DNA from: an uncultured bacterium
GTDB lineage: Bacteria > Acidobacteriota > Thermoanaerobaculia > Multivoradales > JAHZIX01
NCBI GenBank assembly: GCA_965368975.1
Contig: CBDUPA010000002.1
Coordinates: 128,001 to 192,000, forward strand
DNA length: 64,000 nt
Direction: 5' to 3'
Within the stretch, counting starts at the first letter, position 1. Every line of letters begins with the position of its first letter. Shown piece after piece: positions 8,916-18,339 of the stretch. Both the position numbers and the translations under genes were made by a program. Under the pieces are notes generated by a model, which had not been told where the DNA came from, searched no databases, and worked only from the letters and a program-made list of their open reading frames with translations.

Positions 8916-11860
8916 GGTTGGGCTCCTCCGGCGGCAGCCACCGGGGTCGAGAGCTTGGCGGGGGCCGCTATCGCTGGCAGCTCGAAGGGGGCGGCTCGAC
9001 GCGGCTCAGTGGACAGCTCATAGGCCCCCGGCCGCTGCAAATCGTAGATCACGATCGCTTCGGCGGCGTGGTTGGCCGCCGGATCGTTGGCACGTGCGAC
9101 GGCGACCGCGCGGTCTCTGGCGTTGTCGTCCGGCTTGTACTTCTTGTAGAGGTCGAAATGCTCCCGGGCTCGGTCTCCTTGCCCCAGGTCACGCAGGATC
9201 AGGCTGCAATTGTAGTGCGCCGTGACGTTCTCCGGGTCCAGCTCCAGGCTGCGCTCGAAGAGGCTCAACGCCTCGTGCAGCAGCGCCTGGCGCGGCGCCT
9301 TGCGTTCGTCGCCGCGCTCCAGCTTGGCGCGTTCGAACAGCGTTTGTCCCAGCTCGTTGAGCAGTCGGTAGTCCTGGCTGAAGTCGAAACCACGGCGGCG
9401 CAGGTCCTCGGTGTCGCTGTCGACGACGCTCTTGAAGTTGGCGATCGCCTCGTCCAGGAAACCGTTCTGCTTGTTGACCTGACCGGTGAACCAGGCGATC
9501 GACCATGGTGGTGCCGGCGGGTCAAACTCGGCGGCCCGGCGTAGGGCCTCGATCGCCTGGTCTTGCACCGTACCCTGGGCCAAGTAGACACGCGCCAGGT
9601 TGAGCGGGCCATCCGGCCGCCCGAGCGCCTCGACACGCGTGAAGGCCTCCTCCGCCTGTCGCAACTCGCCCTTGGTCTTGCCGCCCTTGCGCAGCAGACC
9701 GATGCCGTAGTCGTTCCAGCGCTGCCACTCGGGAATGGATGACGGTGGATTCTCGATCGCCCCATCGGCCACCTGCGCGCCGCGAACCGGGAAGGTCAGA
9801 CGATCCTCGGCCAGGGTCAGGATCGGCAAGTCGTTGACCCACTCGGGGTCATCTTGCACGAAACGCATGTAGGGGGTGTCGAACTTGCGGAACTGCAGCC
9901 GCGCCTCGACGTTCACCGGGCCACGCACCCAGGACGGCACCTCCAGCTTGAAGTGCACGGTGTCCGCCGCGCCCGGCGGGATCTGGTGGTTGTAGAGGGC
10001 GACGAAGATGTCCTGCGCGTTGCGCCGATCGATGCGGTTGCCGTCGCGGTCGAGGACGTAGGAATTGACGAAGTGCGACCACGGATCGACCCGGTTCGCC
10101 GCGTCCATGCCACCACTGCGCCCGATCGCCTCGCCATCGGCGGTCACCAGCACGTCGAGCCAGATCTGGTTCGAGTCGGAGGTGCCCTGTGTGAACAGGT
10201 GCCCCATCTTGACCGTGCGGATGACGATGTCCATCAGGTAGGTTTCACCTGGCTCCAGGGCCGGCACAGAAGGCCGCAAGGGCGCAGTCAGAGCACCATC
10301 TGTATGACCCTGCGCACGCAGACCGAAGATATCCAGCCGCATCACGCCCTCGTTGAACGCCCGGTGCGCCTCGTTGACCTCGGCCAGCGGCGCCGACAAT
10401 TGATCCCGCAGCAGCTGCGGCAAGGCCGTGTTGGCACTGGGGAACTGGTGGTCGTGGACCTTCAACTCACCGGAGCCGTCGAAGTCCTGAGCGGCGAACT
10501 GCTGCGACGACTCGAGCGGCATGTGGCAACCGTTGCAGTTCGACTCGGCCACCGGCGGGTAGTAGAAGCTGCTGACGCCGTGGCCCGAGACACCGCTCAG
10601 GTGGTAGCTGTCGTAGTGGTTCTGGCCGCGCAGCCACTTGTACTTGTTGAGTTCCTCGGGCAGGTGCACCTTGTGGCATGTGCCGCAGAACTCGGGCGTC
10701 GTGTGCAACGGCTTCAAGAAGGTACGCTGGTGCAGCGCCGGCTTGGCCTTGACCAGCTGCTGATTGAGCCATTGCAGCGATGGCGACTGGCTGAAGGTGA
10801 AGGGATAGTGGATCGGCTCTTCGATTGTGTAGTCGGCATTGCCGCGCACACTGTTGACGTGGGTGATGGCGTGGCACGACGTGCAGGTGATACCAGCCTG
10901 GCCGGCCGGATCGCCCACGTCGTCGAAGTCGGGATCGTCGAACTTGCCGCTGAAGAACACCACCGGATCATGGCAACCGGCACAGAAGCGCGCCGCCTGC
11001 AGATCGCCGTCCCGCTCCAGCGCCACCTGACGCGTCTCGCGCACGCTGAACAGGTAGGGAGGGTTGTTGAACGAGCTGAAGCGATGCACGCTGTTGGCCC
11101 AGCTGGCGTGGCTGTCTTCGTGGCATTCCTGGCAGTAGGCGTCGTTGCTCAACACGTGCTCCGGGATGAAGTCGCCGGTCGCGGTGCGCGCCAGCGAGGG
11201 AAAGAAGTAGGCCTCGCCTGACGCGGGGCCCTCGACGTCCCAGCGCCGCGGATCTTGCATCTGCCAGACCACCATCACCACGCCAAAGACCAGCGCCACC
11301 ACCGCCCAGCGCATCCCCACCTGCCACCGGATCTTCTTGCCCACCAACCGATGCAGCACGAACAACCAGCCCGCCACGAACGGCGTGATCACGTGCATCC
11401 AGTACGCCACCGAGCGCACCTGCGGGTCGTTGACCACGATCACGCCTTCGAGTCGCGTCAGGATGACGCCACTGACCAACAGCAAGATCGCCGTCGCGAA
11501 CAAGGCATAGCCAACCCGCACGGCACGGCGGTTGGGGCGGTTGTGAGAGTTGAAGATGTGGATGCCGCCAAAGACGATCACCGGCACGATGATCAGCACG
11601 CCGAGAACCAGGTGCACCAGGAACATGTTCATATAGAACCAGTTCTGGTACGTCGTCTCGTGGAGCCACTCGAAGAATGTGACGCCACCCAAGTACACCG
11701 CGTTGACCGCCAGCAGCGCGAACAGGCCGAACACCACGGCCAGCAGCTGTTTCAGCTTCGGACCCACGGCGCGCCGGTACTTGGGTTTCTTGGGCGGGTG
11801 CCTCTTGGCTGAGGCCGGAGCGTTCGGATCAGGTGTCGAGGAAGGTGCAGTGTCGTTCAT
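8912..11860 (-). CDS. Membrane-bound pentaheme cytochrome c with C-terminal TPR repeats
   Basis: About five N-terminal TM helices, five CxxCH motifs (CQECH, CAGCH, CTSCH, CGTCH, CNGCH) and a TPR-like helical C-terminus. Confidence 0.88.
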   Translation of the reverse strand: MNDTAPSSTPDPNAPASAKRHPPKKPKYRRAVGPKLKQLLAVVFGLFALLAVNAVYLGGVTFFEWLHETTYQNWFYMNMFLVHLVLGVLIIVPVIVFGGIHIFNSHNRPNRRAVRVGYALFATAILLLVSGVILTRLEGVIVVNDPQVRSVAYWMHVITPFVAGWLFVLHRLVGKKIRWQVGMRWAVVALVFGVVMVVWQMQDPRRWDVEGPASGEAYFFPSLARTATGDFIPEHVLSNDAYCQECHEDSHASWANSVHRFSSFNNPPYLFSVRETRQVALERDGDLQAARFCAGCHDPVVFFSGKFDDPDFDDVGDPAGQAGITCTSCHAITHVNSVRGNADYTIEEPIHYPFTFSQSPSLQWLNQQLVKAKPALHQRTFLKPLHTTPEFCGTCHKVHLPEELNKYKWLRGQNHYDSYHLSGVSGHGVSSFYYPPVAESNCNGCHMPLESSQQFAAQDFDGSGELKVHDHQFPSANTALPQLLRDQLSAPLAEVNEAHRAFNEGVMRLDIFGLRAQGHTDGALTAPLRPSVPALEPGETYLMDIVIRTVKMGHLFTQGTSDSNQIWLDVLVTADGEAIGRSGGMDAANRVDPWSHFVNSYVLDRDGNRIDRRNAQDIFVALYNHQIPPGAADTVHFKLEVPSWVRGPVNVEARLQFRKFDTPYMRFVQDDPEWVNDLPILTLAEDRLTFPVRGAQVADGAIENPPSSIPEWQRWNDYGIGLLRKGGKTKGELRQAEEAFTRVEALGRPDGPLNLARVYLAQGTVQDQAIEALRRAAEFDPPAPPWSIAWFTGQVNKQNGFLDEAIANFKSVVDSDTEDLRRRGFDFSQDYRLLNELGQTLFERAKLERGDERKAPRQALLHEALSLFERSLELDPENVTAHYNCSLILRDLGQGDRAREHFDLYKKYKPDDNARDRAVAVARANDPAANHAAEAIVIYDLQRPGAYELSTEPRRAAPFELPAIAAPAKLSTPVAAAGGAQP

Positions 11861-11984
11861 GCAGTGAGTCTCCGCTGTGCCGGCAGCGTCGAAGAACAGG
11901 GAATTGCAAGCGAGTCTAGTTGGTCATCATAGCAGCAGCTCCCGATGACAGACGAAGCTACTGGCCACGGCTGCTTTGCCGTGC

Positions 11985-12014
11985 ACTGCAAGAAAGTCGC
12001 GACTTTTTTGCAGT
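11985..12014. promoter_or_regulatory. 30-bp near-perfect palindrome (possible operator or hairpin)
   Basis: ACTGCAAGAAAGTC-GC-GACTTTTTTGCAGT has 14-bp arms with one mismatch. It lies in the only large intergenic gap of the cluster. Confidence 0.6.
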
Positions 12015-12095
12015 CGGGAGCACCCTTGGCCGGAGTAGCACCGGCCTGAATAGGCACTAGACCAACTTCAGGCGTGGGCTGCAAAGAGCGAGCTG

Positions 12096-15000
12096 CTACC
12101 GGCCCGGCACCCCACCGGCCAGAGGCCGGATGAACCGCAACCCTGGACGCGTGTTGTAGAACTCCCGGTACAGGCGATGCTCCGGCGTATCCGGATAGGC
12201 AGCCGGAGCCTCGTAGGGATAGCCGGGCATGGCGTGGTACGGCAGCGGCTCGACGGTCTGCGAGTGGCCGGTGTTGGCGTCACCATCCTTGGCCCAGCCG
12301 TCGACGAAGAGCAGGAAGTCGCGCGTCCAGCCGTCCGGCAGGGTGGGCAAGGTGTCCGCGTCGAAGGTGAGGCGCAACTCGTCGCCAGAGCCCAGAATGA
12401 CAAAGCGGTCGTCGATCTCTTCGAGCAGGGGGCGGACGTCGCCGAAGCGCGTGTACAGGCCGCGCGTCGGGTTCCACATGCTCAGTGGACGCAGCTCGGC
12501 GTAGACGAAACGTTCCGGCTGCTTGCGCTCGGGGTGCACGATGACCTTGGAGAAGCCACGAAAGCGCAGCTCGGCTTGCTCTGGCTGCAGCTCAGTAAGC
12601 TGGACGGGCGGAGCGCTGGGATCCGACCCGAGGAAGATCTCGTCCCAGTAGAGGCACAGGTTGGTGACGATGCGCACCTTCCGCGACGACGACAGCCAGC
12701 GGCCAGTGAGGTCGACGGCGATGGTCTTGGGCTTGCCGGCGGGGATACCAAGATCGCCGATCACGGTCTGCCAGGCACCGGAGTCGTCCTGCATCTGGAG
12801 GTAGGGCATGATCAGCTCCCGCTCGGGGTGCTGACTGACACCAAGGAAGGTGCTGCCGTCGGCCCAGTCGACCCAACCTGCGAGGACGAGGACGGAAGCA
12901 CCATCACTTGCCAGGGGCACATCCCCGAAGTCCAGCTCGAGATGATGCAGCTCGGCGACGCCGGCATAGTCGCGATCGAAGTCGTCGGGATACCGCTGGT
13001 CCTTGGCCATCAGGCGTTCGAGAACGTCACGGCCTTGGTGGTCGCGGGCGGCGACCGGATAGTGACGCTCTCCGACACCGTAGAGGCGGAACTCGGGGAA
13101 CGGCGGGCCGACGAACTTGTCGTTGGTGAAGATGTCGACCTTGGCCGGATGGTCGACCGCGATCAAGTGCAGCTGGTCGAGATAGGCGACCTCGCGCAGC
13201 TCTTCCGTGACGCGGATCTCGTAGCGGCTGCCATCTGGAGTCTCGATCGGCGCCAGCGCGTCGCCGGGGATCTGTACGTACTCGTCGTGATCGGCCAGGA
13301 AGTACTCGCCGTCTCCGGCCGCCGCGCCGAGAGGGGCGACACCGAGGATGTCGGTGATGAAGCGGTACTCTTCGCCGTCCCAGGTGAAAACCATCGGGCA
13401 CGAGCCAGAGAGGCGCGGCGCTTCTTCGTACAAGACACCCTGGTTCGCGTCCTGACGCGCTTCGTTCTGGATCAGGCCGTTGGGCCAGGTGATGCGTACG
13501 GCATCGACCTGCTCACTCCCCTTCTCGATGGGGCCGGCCTGCTCGATGGGGCCGAGACCGAAGTGCAGCGGTACACCGTCGTAAAGCCGTTTCTGGTAGC
13601 GCGCTCCGGCCCGCACCTCGACCTCCGCACCCGGTGCCAGCTGCAGGTTCTTGACCCCACGCAGCGCCACACGCAGGTACCCCCCGCCGCGTGTCTGGTT
13701 GCGCAGCAAGCTCAGCGTGCCGTCTGCCTCCAGAGCGGCGACGTCGACGCGGCCGTCGGCATCGAAATCGGCGCTGACCAGGTGCCGGGCGGAGGTGGGC
13801 CAGCCCTCGGCGGGCTGCGTGTCGGCAGCTCGGGCGGCAGCGAAGCGGCCCTCGCCACGATTGCGGTGCACGCCAGCGACACTCAGGAGTTCGCGAAGGG
13901 TGCGGTTCTCGACATCGGCGGCCGCGAGCGGCGCGCGAGCGTCGAGAGGCAGGGCGGTGAAGCCGAGGCTGCGCGTATCGCCTGGCTGGTTGCGCAGCAG
14001 GACGGCGCCTTCTGGCCGGGCAGCCAGCACGTCCGTCCAGCCATCGTGGTCGAAGTCACCGGCGTGCAGTTCGGTGGTGCCCGCGGGCACGGACGGCAGT
14101 GGTTCGATGGCGTAGCGGCCACCCAGGCGATCGCGCAGCAGAACGCCGGGGCGATCCTGGAAAGCGATGGCGAGATCCATGCCTTGCGTATCGGCCACCA
14201 GGTCGAAACGTGCGGCGGCGGTCGCTCGGCCTCCGGCGAACCGTTCGTCGACGAAGGGGAAGTCGGCGCTCTTGTCGTCGAACTGCAGGCGGCCGTCGGC
14301 ATCCAGGCCAGCGTTGCGCAGCAGAGCCGGTGTTGTACCGAGCAGGACGAGATCGACATCGTAGTCGTGGTCGTAGTCGAGCCAGATAGCGAGGTCGAAG
14401 GTACGCTTGGGCAGCTTGGCTGACGGGGACATCGACTGCGCGACAAAGCGGCCGCCCTGGTTGCGCCACAACTGGGGCCCCTCATCGGTGAGCACGGCGA
14501 GGTCGACCAGACCGTCGTTGTCGATATCTCCCGGTGCCACGGCGCGCACGGAGGCACACTCCGGATCCGGTGCACCACACAGGCCGCTCTCCGGCACCGC
14601 CTCTCGGCCGCCGCGCCAGAGGCGCATGCCGTGCGCGCCCCAGGCGAGGAGGTCCGAGCCGCCGTCGCCGTCCAGGTCGATCACGTGCAGGCCCGCCCGG
14701 GTCTGCGACGCCGGCAGTTGCGCCAGCTCGACGCGGTCGAAGCGCGGCTCGGCGCGCACCGCGACGTCGCGCACGGCGGCTGGGTCGATCGGGTCGTAGA
14801 GCTCGGCGTAGTAGGACCACTCCAGGTCTTCCGTCGTCCCGGCCGCCTGCTGCCGCTGCTTGAGCTCACGAAACACCGCCATCTCACGCTGTGCCTCTTC
14901 CTGACGTCGCAACTGCCGGTAGGTGGTGGCGAGCTGGAAGCGCGGACCGGCGAGATCGGGAGCCAGATCGGCGGCCTGCTGGAAGAACTCAATGGCGCGC

Positions 15001-15479
15001 TCGCGGTCGCCTTCCAGCTTGTGGAGCACGCCCAAGTTGTACTGGGTAATTGGCTCTTCCGGAACGCGCTCGGCCATGCCCTGCAATTGCACGATGGCGT
15101 CGGCGTGACGGCCCTGGTTCTTGTAGGCGATGCCGAGACAGAACCAGGTGTGCGGGATCGACGAATCTTGCCGCTGGGCCTTTTCCAGCTCGGCGATGCC
15201 TTTGTCTTCTTGGCCGGTCTGCAACAAGGCCAGGCCATAGTTGATGCGTTCGCGCACGGACTCGGGATTCAGCTCCAGGGCCTTGCGCAGCTCGTCAACC
15301 GCCTCGTACTGCGTCGCCGGATTCTCGTAGAACGCCTTGCCGAGGTTGCGGTGGTGCCAGAGCACGTCGTCTTGAGCTTGTGCTGCCGTAGAACTGAGAA
15401 CGGCCGCCAGCAGCAAGAGTGCACGCACGAACCTGGAAAGCGCAATCCGGGTAGGGGTAGGTCCATGTGCTTGCCTCAC
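12096..15479 (-). CDS. Secreted TPR + FG-GAP + ASPIC/UnbV protein with an additional C-terminal domain
   Basis: Signal peptide, N-terminal TPRs, DxDxDG repeats and ASPIC motif (PLHFGLG, ITWPNG), then a ~430-aa domain starting SGSCPMVFTWDG. Confidence 0.88.
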   Translation of the reverse strand: MRQAHGPTPTRIALSRFVRALLLLAAVLSSTAAQAQDDVLWHHRNLGKAFYENPATQYEAVDELRKALELNPESVRERINYGLALLQTGQEDKGIAELEKAQRQDSSIPHTWFCLGIAYKNQGRHADAIVQLQGMAERVPEEPITQYNLGVLHKLEGDRERAIEFFQQAADLAPDLAGPRFQLATTYRQLRRQEEAQREMAVFRELKQRQQAAGTTEDLEWSYYAELYDPIDPAAVRDVAVRAEPRFDRVELAQLPASQTRAGLHVIDLDGDGGSDLLAWGAHGMRLWRGGREAVPESGLCGAPDPECASVRAVAPGDIDNDGLVDLAVLTDEGPQLWRNQGGRFVAQSMSPSAKLPKRTFDLAIWLDYDHDYDVDLVLLGTTPALLRNAGLDADGRLQFDDKSADFPFVDERFAGGRATAAARFDLVADTQGMDLAIAFQDRPGVLLRDRLGGRYAIEPLPSVPAGTTELHAGDFDHDGWTDVLAARPEGAVLLRNQPGDTRSLGFTALPLDARAPLAAADVENRTLRELLSVAGVHRNRGEGRFAAARAADTQPAEGWPTSARHLVSADFDADGRVDVAALEADGTLSLLRNQTRGGGYLRVALRGVKNLQLAPGAEVEVRAGARYQKRLYDGVPLHFGLGPIEQAGPIEKGSEQVDAVRITWPNGLIQNEARQDANQGVLYEEAPRLSGSCPMVFTWDGEEYRFITDILGVAPLGAAAGDGEYFLADHDEYVQIPGDALAPIETPDGSRYEIRVTEELREVAYLDQLHLIAVDHPAKVDIFTNDKFVGPPFPEFRLYGVGERHYPVAARDHQGRDVLERLMAKDQRYPDDFDRDYAGVAELHHLELDFGDVPLASDGASVLVLAGWVDWADGSTFLGVSQHPERELIMPYLQMQDDSGAWQTVIGDLGIPAGKPKTIAVDLTGRWLSSSRKVRIVTNLCLYWDEIFLGSDPSAPPVQLTELQPEQAELRFRGFSKVIVHPERKQPERFVYAELRPLSMWNPTRGLYTRFGDVRPLLEEIDDRFVILGSGDELRLTFDADTLPTLPDGWTRDFLLFVDGWAKDGDANTGHSQTVEPLPYHAMPGYPYEAPAAYPDTPEHRLYREFYNTRPGLRFIRPLAGGVPGR

Positions 15480-17455
15480 ATCCCACCCCGAATCTTTCGT
15501 TCCCCTTCGACCACCAGTGAAATCTCATTCACTGGCACCACGGTCATCGGCACCATGCTTTCGTTGTCATCCTCATCCGGTACCCAGATCTCGCGCGCCC
15601 CGGACGGCCAGCGTACCTCCAGCTTGACCACCCGCGATGCCGCACCGACACCGATGTGCACCCGCGTCGAACTGGAACTCGAGTAGGCGTTGCCGCCGTT
15701 GACCTCACGCAGGTAGGTCTCGCCATCGTCCGTGGTCAAGAGCACCCGCGCTCCGATGGCATCGCGGTTCGAGCGCGTACCGCGCAGGCGCAGCTGCACC
15801 CAGCCGCCGGCATTCTCTGCCACGGCGCGATAGAGCAAGGCAGGTTGGTTGGCGTTGGTCTGGTAGAGGTCGAGCAGGCCGTCGTTGTCGTAATCGGCCA
15901 TGGCGATGCCGCGGCCGTCCAGATCGTTGTCGACGCCCGCGTCGGCGGCCATTTCGCGGAACGTGCCGTCCCCGAGGTTGTGGAACAAGCGCTGCTTCTG
16001 GTAGCCGGACCAGGTCATGTCGCCGATGTCTGGATAGCTGTGCAGATTCGAGAAATCCATGTCCGGCGACAAGATGGCTTCGAGCAGCACCGGGATGTAG
16101 TTGCCCTCGCCCCTGGAGCGCAGGCCGTTGACCACGAAAAGATCTTCCCAGCCGTCGTTGTCGAAGTCGCCGAACTTGCCGGCCCAGCCCCAGTCGGTGT
16201 CGCAGGTGCCGGTCTCGCGGGCCAGGTCCAGGAAGGTGCCGTCGCCCACGTTGTGCCACAGCATGTTGCACTCACGCATGTACTCGTCGGTGATGTTGGT
16301 GACGTAGACGTCCAGGTGACCGTTGCGGTCGTAGTCGCCGAAATCGACGTTCATGCCCTTGCGCGTGTCGAAGCCACCGAGCGCTTCTTCGGTCACTTCG
16401 TGAAAGGTACCGTCGCCATTGTTGAAGAAGAGGCGATCAGTGCCGTAGTCGCCAGCCAGGTAGACATCCGGCCAGGCGTCGCCGTTCAGGTCCGCGTGGC
16501 CGACATCGAGCGTCCAGCCGGTGTGTCCGGCGAAACCCGCCGCCTCGGTGACGTTCACAAAGCCGCGACCGCCAGCCTTCTCCCCGGGAAGCCCGTTCTC
16601 CAAAGGAACATTGCGCCAGAAGGTGACGCCACCGCCGTTGTCGGCGTAGTCGAGATTGTTGGGTAGCACCTGCGGCGTCTCGAGATCGAGCAGGTTGAGC
16701 GGCTGGAAGTAGTTGCCGAGCAGGAGGTCGAGATAGCCGTCACGATCGGCGTCGAAGGCGACGACGGCAATGGTATTGCCGAACTCGGTCAGCCCCGCCA
16801 CCTGGCTGACGTCCTCGAAACGCCAGACGCCGGCTTCGTCGGGACCCAGGCTGCGGTAGAGCAGCGGCGTGCCGAAGCGTGCGACCAGCAGATCGCGCCG
16901 GCCGTCGTTGTCGTAGTCGAACCAGAGGGCGTCCGCGACGATCGACGAAGCGTCGTTGCCCCCCGCAACCCCTGCCTGCTCGGCGATGTCGGTGAAGCGC
17001 AGCTCGCCGGAAGGGATGAACTCGTTGCGCATCAGGTGATTCAGCTTTCCCGTGTCGGAGTCGGTGACGAAGAGATCGATATCCCCGTCATCGTCGAAGT
17101 CGCCCGCGGCTGCCGCGCTGCCACCATCGGTAAACATCTGTAGCACCTCGGCCTTCGGGCGATCGACGAACTTGCGCGTCGAGTGCACGAAGCGCACGCC
17201 CGCGGCGGCACCGATTTCTTCGAAGCGTGGCCGCGGCACGGCGGCCGGCGTCCCAGTGCTTGCCGGCGTCCCAGTGTTTGCTGGCGAGGGAGGGCTTGCT
17301 GGCGAGGGAGGGCTTGCTGGCGAGGAAGGGCTTGCTGACGAGGAAGGGGTCGCCGGTATCGAGGGGGGGGCTTGCCCCACGGCCGGTGTGCCCAAAACCA
17401 AGACACCCATACCCAGCATGCACACCAACGACCCACCCGCGAGATGTTCCATCAT
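15476..17455 (-). CDS. CRTAC1/UnbV-like FG-GAP protein
   Basis: Signal peptide and Pro/Ser repeat linker, DxDxDG repeats, GWTLD, KGMNVDFGD, WGWAGKF, and a C-terminal ASPIC motif. Confidence 0.9.
   Translation of the reverse strand: MMEHLAGGSLVCMLGMGVLVLGTPAVGQAPPSIPATPSSSASPSSPASPPSPASPPSPANTGTPASTGTPAAVPRPRFEEIGAAAGVRFVHSTRKFVDRPKAEVLQMFTDGGSAAAAGDFDDDGDIDLFVTDSDTGKLNHLMRNEFIPSGELRFTDIAEQAGVAGGNDASSIVADALWFDYDNDGRRDLLVARFGTPLLYRSLGPDEAGVWRFEDVSQVAGLTEFGNTIAVVAFDADRDGYLDLLLGNYFQPLNLLDLETPQVLPNNLDYADNGGGVTFWRNVPLENGLPGEKAGGRGFVNVTEAAGFAGHTGWTLDVGHADLNGDAWPDVYLAGDYGTDRLFFNNGDGTFHEVTEEALGGFDTRKGMNVDFGDYDRNGHLDVYVTNITDEYMRECNMLWHNVGDGTFLDLARETGTCDTDWGWAGKFGDFDNDGWEDLFVVNGLRSRGEGNYIPVLLEAILSPDMDFSNLHSYPDIGDMTWSGYQKQRLFHNLGDGTFREMAADAGVDNDLDGRGIAMADYDNDGLLDLYQTNANQPALLYRAVAENAGGWVQLRLRGTRSNRDAIGARVLLTTDDGETYLREVNGGNAYSSSSSTRVHIGVGAASRVVKLEVRWPSGAREIWVPDEDDNESMVPMTVVPVNEISLVVEGERKIRGGM
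17244..17350 (-). repeat. In-frame 18-bp tandem repeats encoding a (PASPPS)n/(TGTPA) linker
   Basis: About four copies of tgctggcgag(g/a)agggct-like units plus two copies of gccggcgtcccagtg. Confidence 0.85.
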
Positions 17456-18339
17456 TCTTCCGGCTCCCCGGCTGCCATCTGCGACTCGCCGTGCTCCGCC
17501 TCGACCGATCGCTGGTCGGCAACCTCACCCGGCGTCGCCGACCGGTCGCCGGGCCACAGCGGCGTCAGGTCGGTATCGACGCGGTTCAACGGATCGAAGT
17601 AGTTCTCCAGATACTGGTTCAGCTCCGAGCCCAGCCGCGACAGGCGTGCGTCGAAAGCAGGCTGGTCGGGATAGCGGGTCTGGCCTTGGGCCCAGATCTC
17701 GCGCGCCTGGTCAACGTCGTCGAGCCGCCAGTAGGCATCACCGAGCGCCACCCAGGCGCGGCTGTGCAGCGGGTTGGTGGGCAACGCCTCGGCGATCTCG
17801 ATCGCGCGCTCCAGGTCTTCGATGCCGAGCTTGGTCCGGCCGAAGATCGCTGGCCAGAACACGTAACTGTGGCCTCGGGTGTAGAGGCCAAGCCAGGTCT
17901 CGGACAGTTCTAGCGAGCGGGTGAAGCTGGACAGCGCCTCGTTGGCGAGCAAGACCTGGGTGATCGAGCCCTCGGCCGGGATCTTGTCGACCAGTGCGTA
18001 GCCGAGACTCAGGTGGATCGTGGCGTCGTCAGGATGCTCCGCCGCGAGTTCCTCGAACAACTTCACCGCGCGTCGATACTCACCGGCAGCGATGATCTCC
18101 TGGCGATACTCGCTGGCCAGCAGCAGATCTCTCGGTGCCTCGCGCAGCTGAGCTTCGAAAGTGTCGAAATCCGGTGGGTCGGCACCCAGCTCCTCGGGTA
18201 GCACCCCCTGGGGTGACCTTTCCTGAGGAGATACCTCCTGGGGGGGGGCCTCCTGTGCCAGCAGGGGACCGGCCCAGAATGCCGCCAGCAGGAGAATCAA
18301 GATCGAACGCAGTCTCACGGAGGACAGTGTAGACATCAT
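17452..18339 (-). CDS. Secreted TPR-repeat protein
   Basis: Signal peptide and helical TPR-like repeats (AWVALGDAYWRLDD). It overlaps both neighbours by 4 bp. Confidence 0.8.
   Translation of the reverse strand: MMSTLSSVRLRSILILLLAAFWAGPLLAQEAPPQEVSPQERSPQGVLPEELGADPPDFDTFEAQLREAPRDLLLASEYRQEIIAAGEYRRAVKLFEELAAEHPDDATIHLSLGYALVDKIPAEGSITQVLLANEALSSFTRSLELSETWLGLYTRGHSYVFWPAIFGRTKLGIEDLERAIEIAEALPTNPLHSRAWVALGDAYWRLDDVDQAREIWAQGQTRYPDQPAFDARLSRLGSELNQYLENYFDPLNRVDTDLTPLWPGDRSATPGEVADQRSVEAEHGESQMAAGEPEE

Noticed and set aside
17244-17350. Tandem repeats as a possible CRISPR array
   Set aside because: The units are 18 bp with no unique spacers, they are in-frame within a gene, and no cas genes are present.
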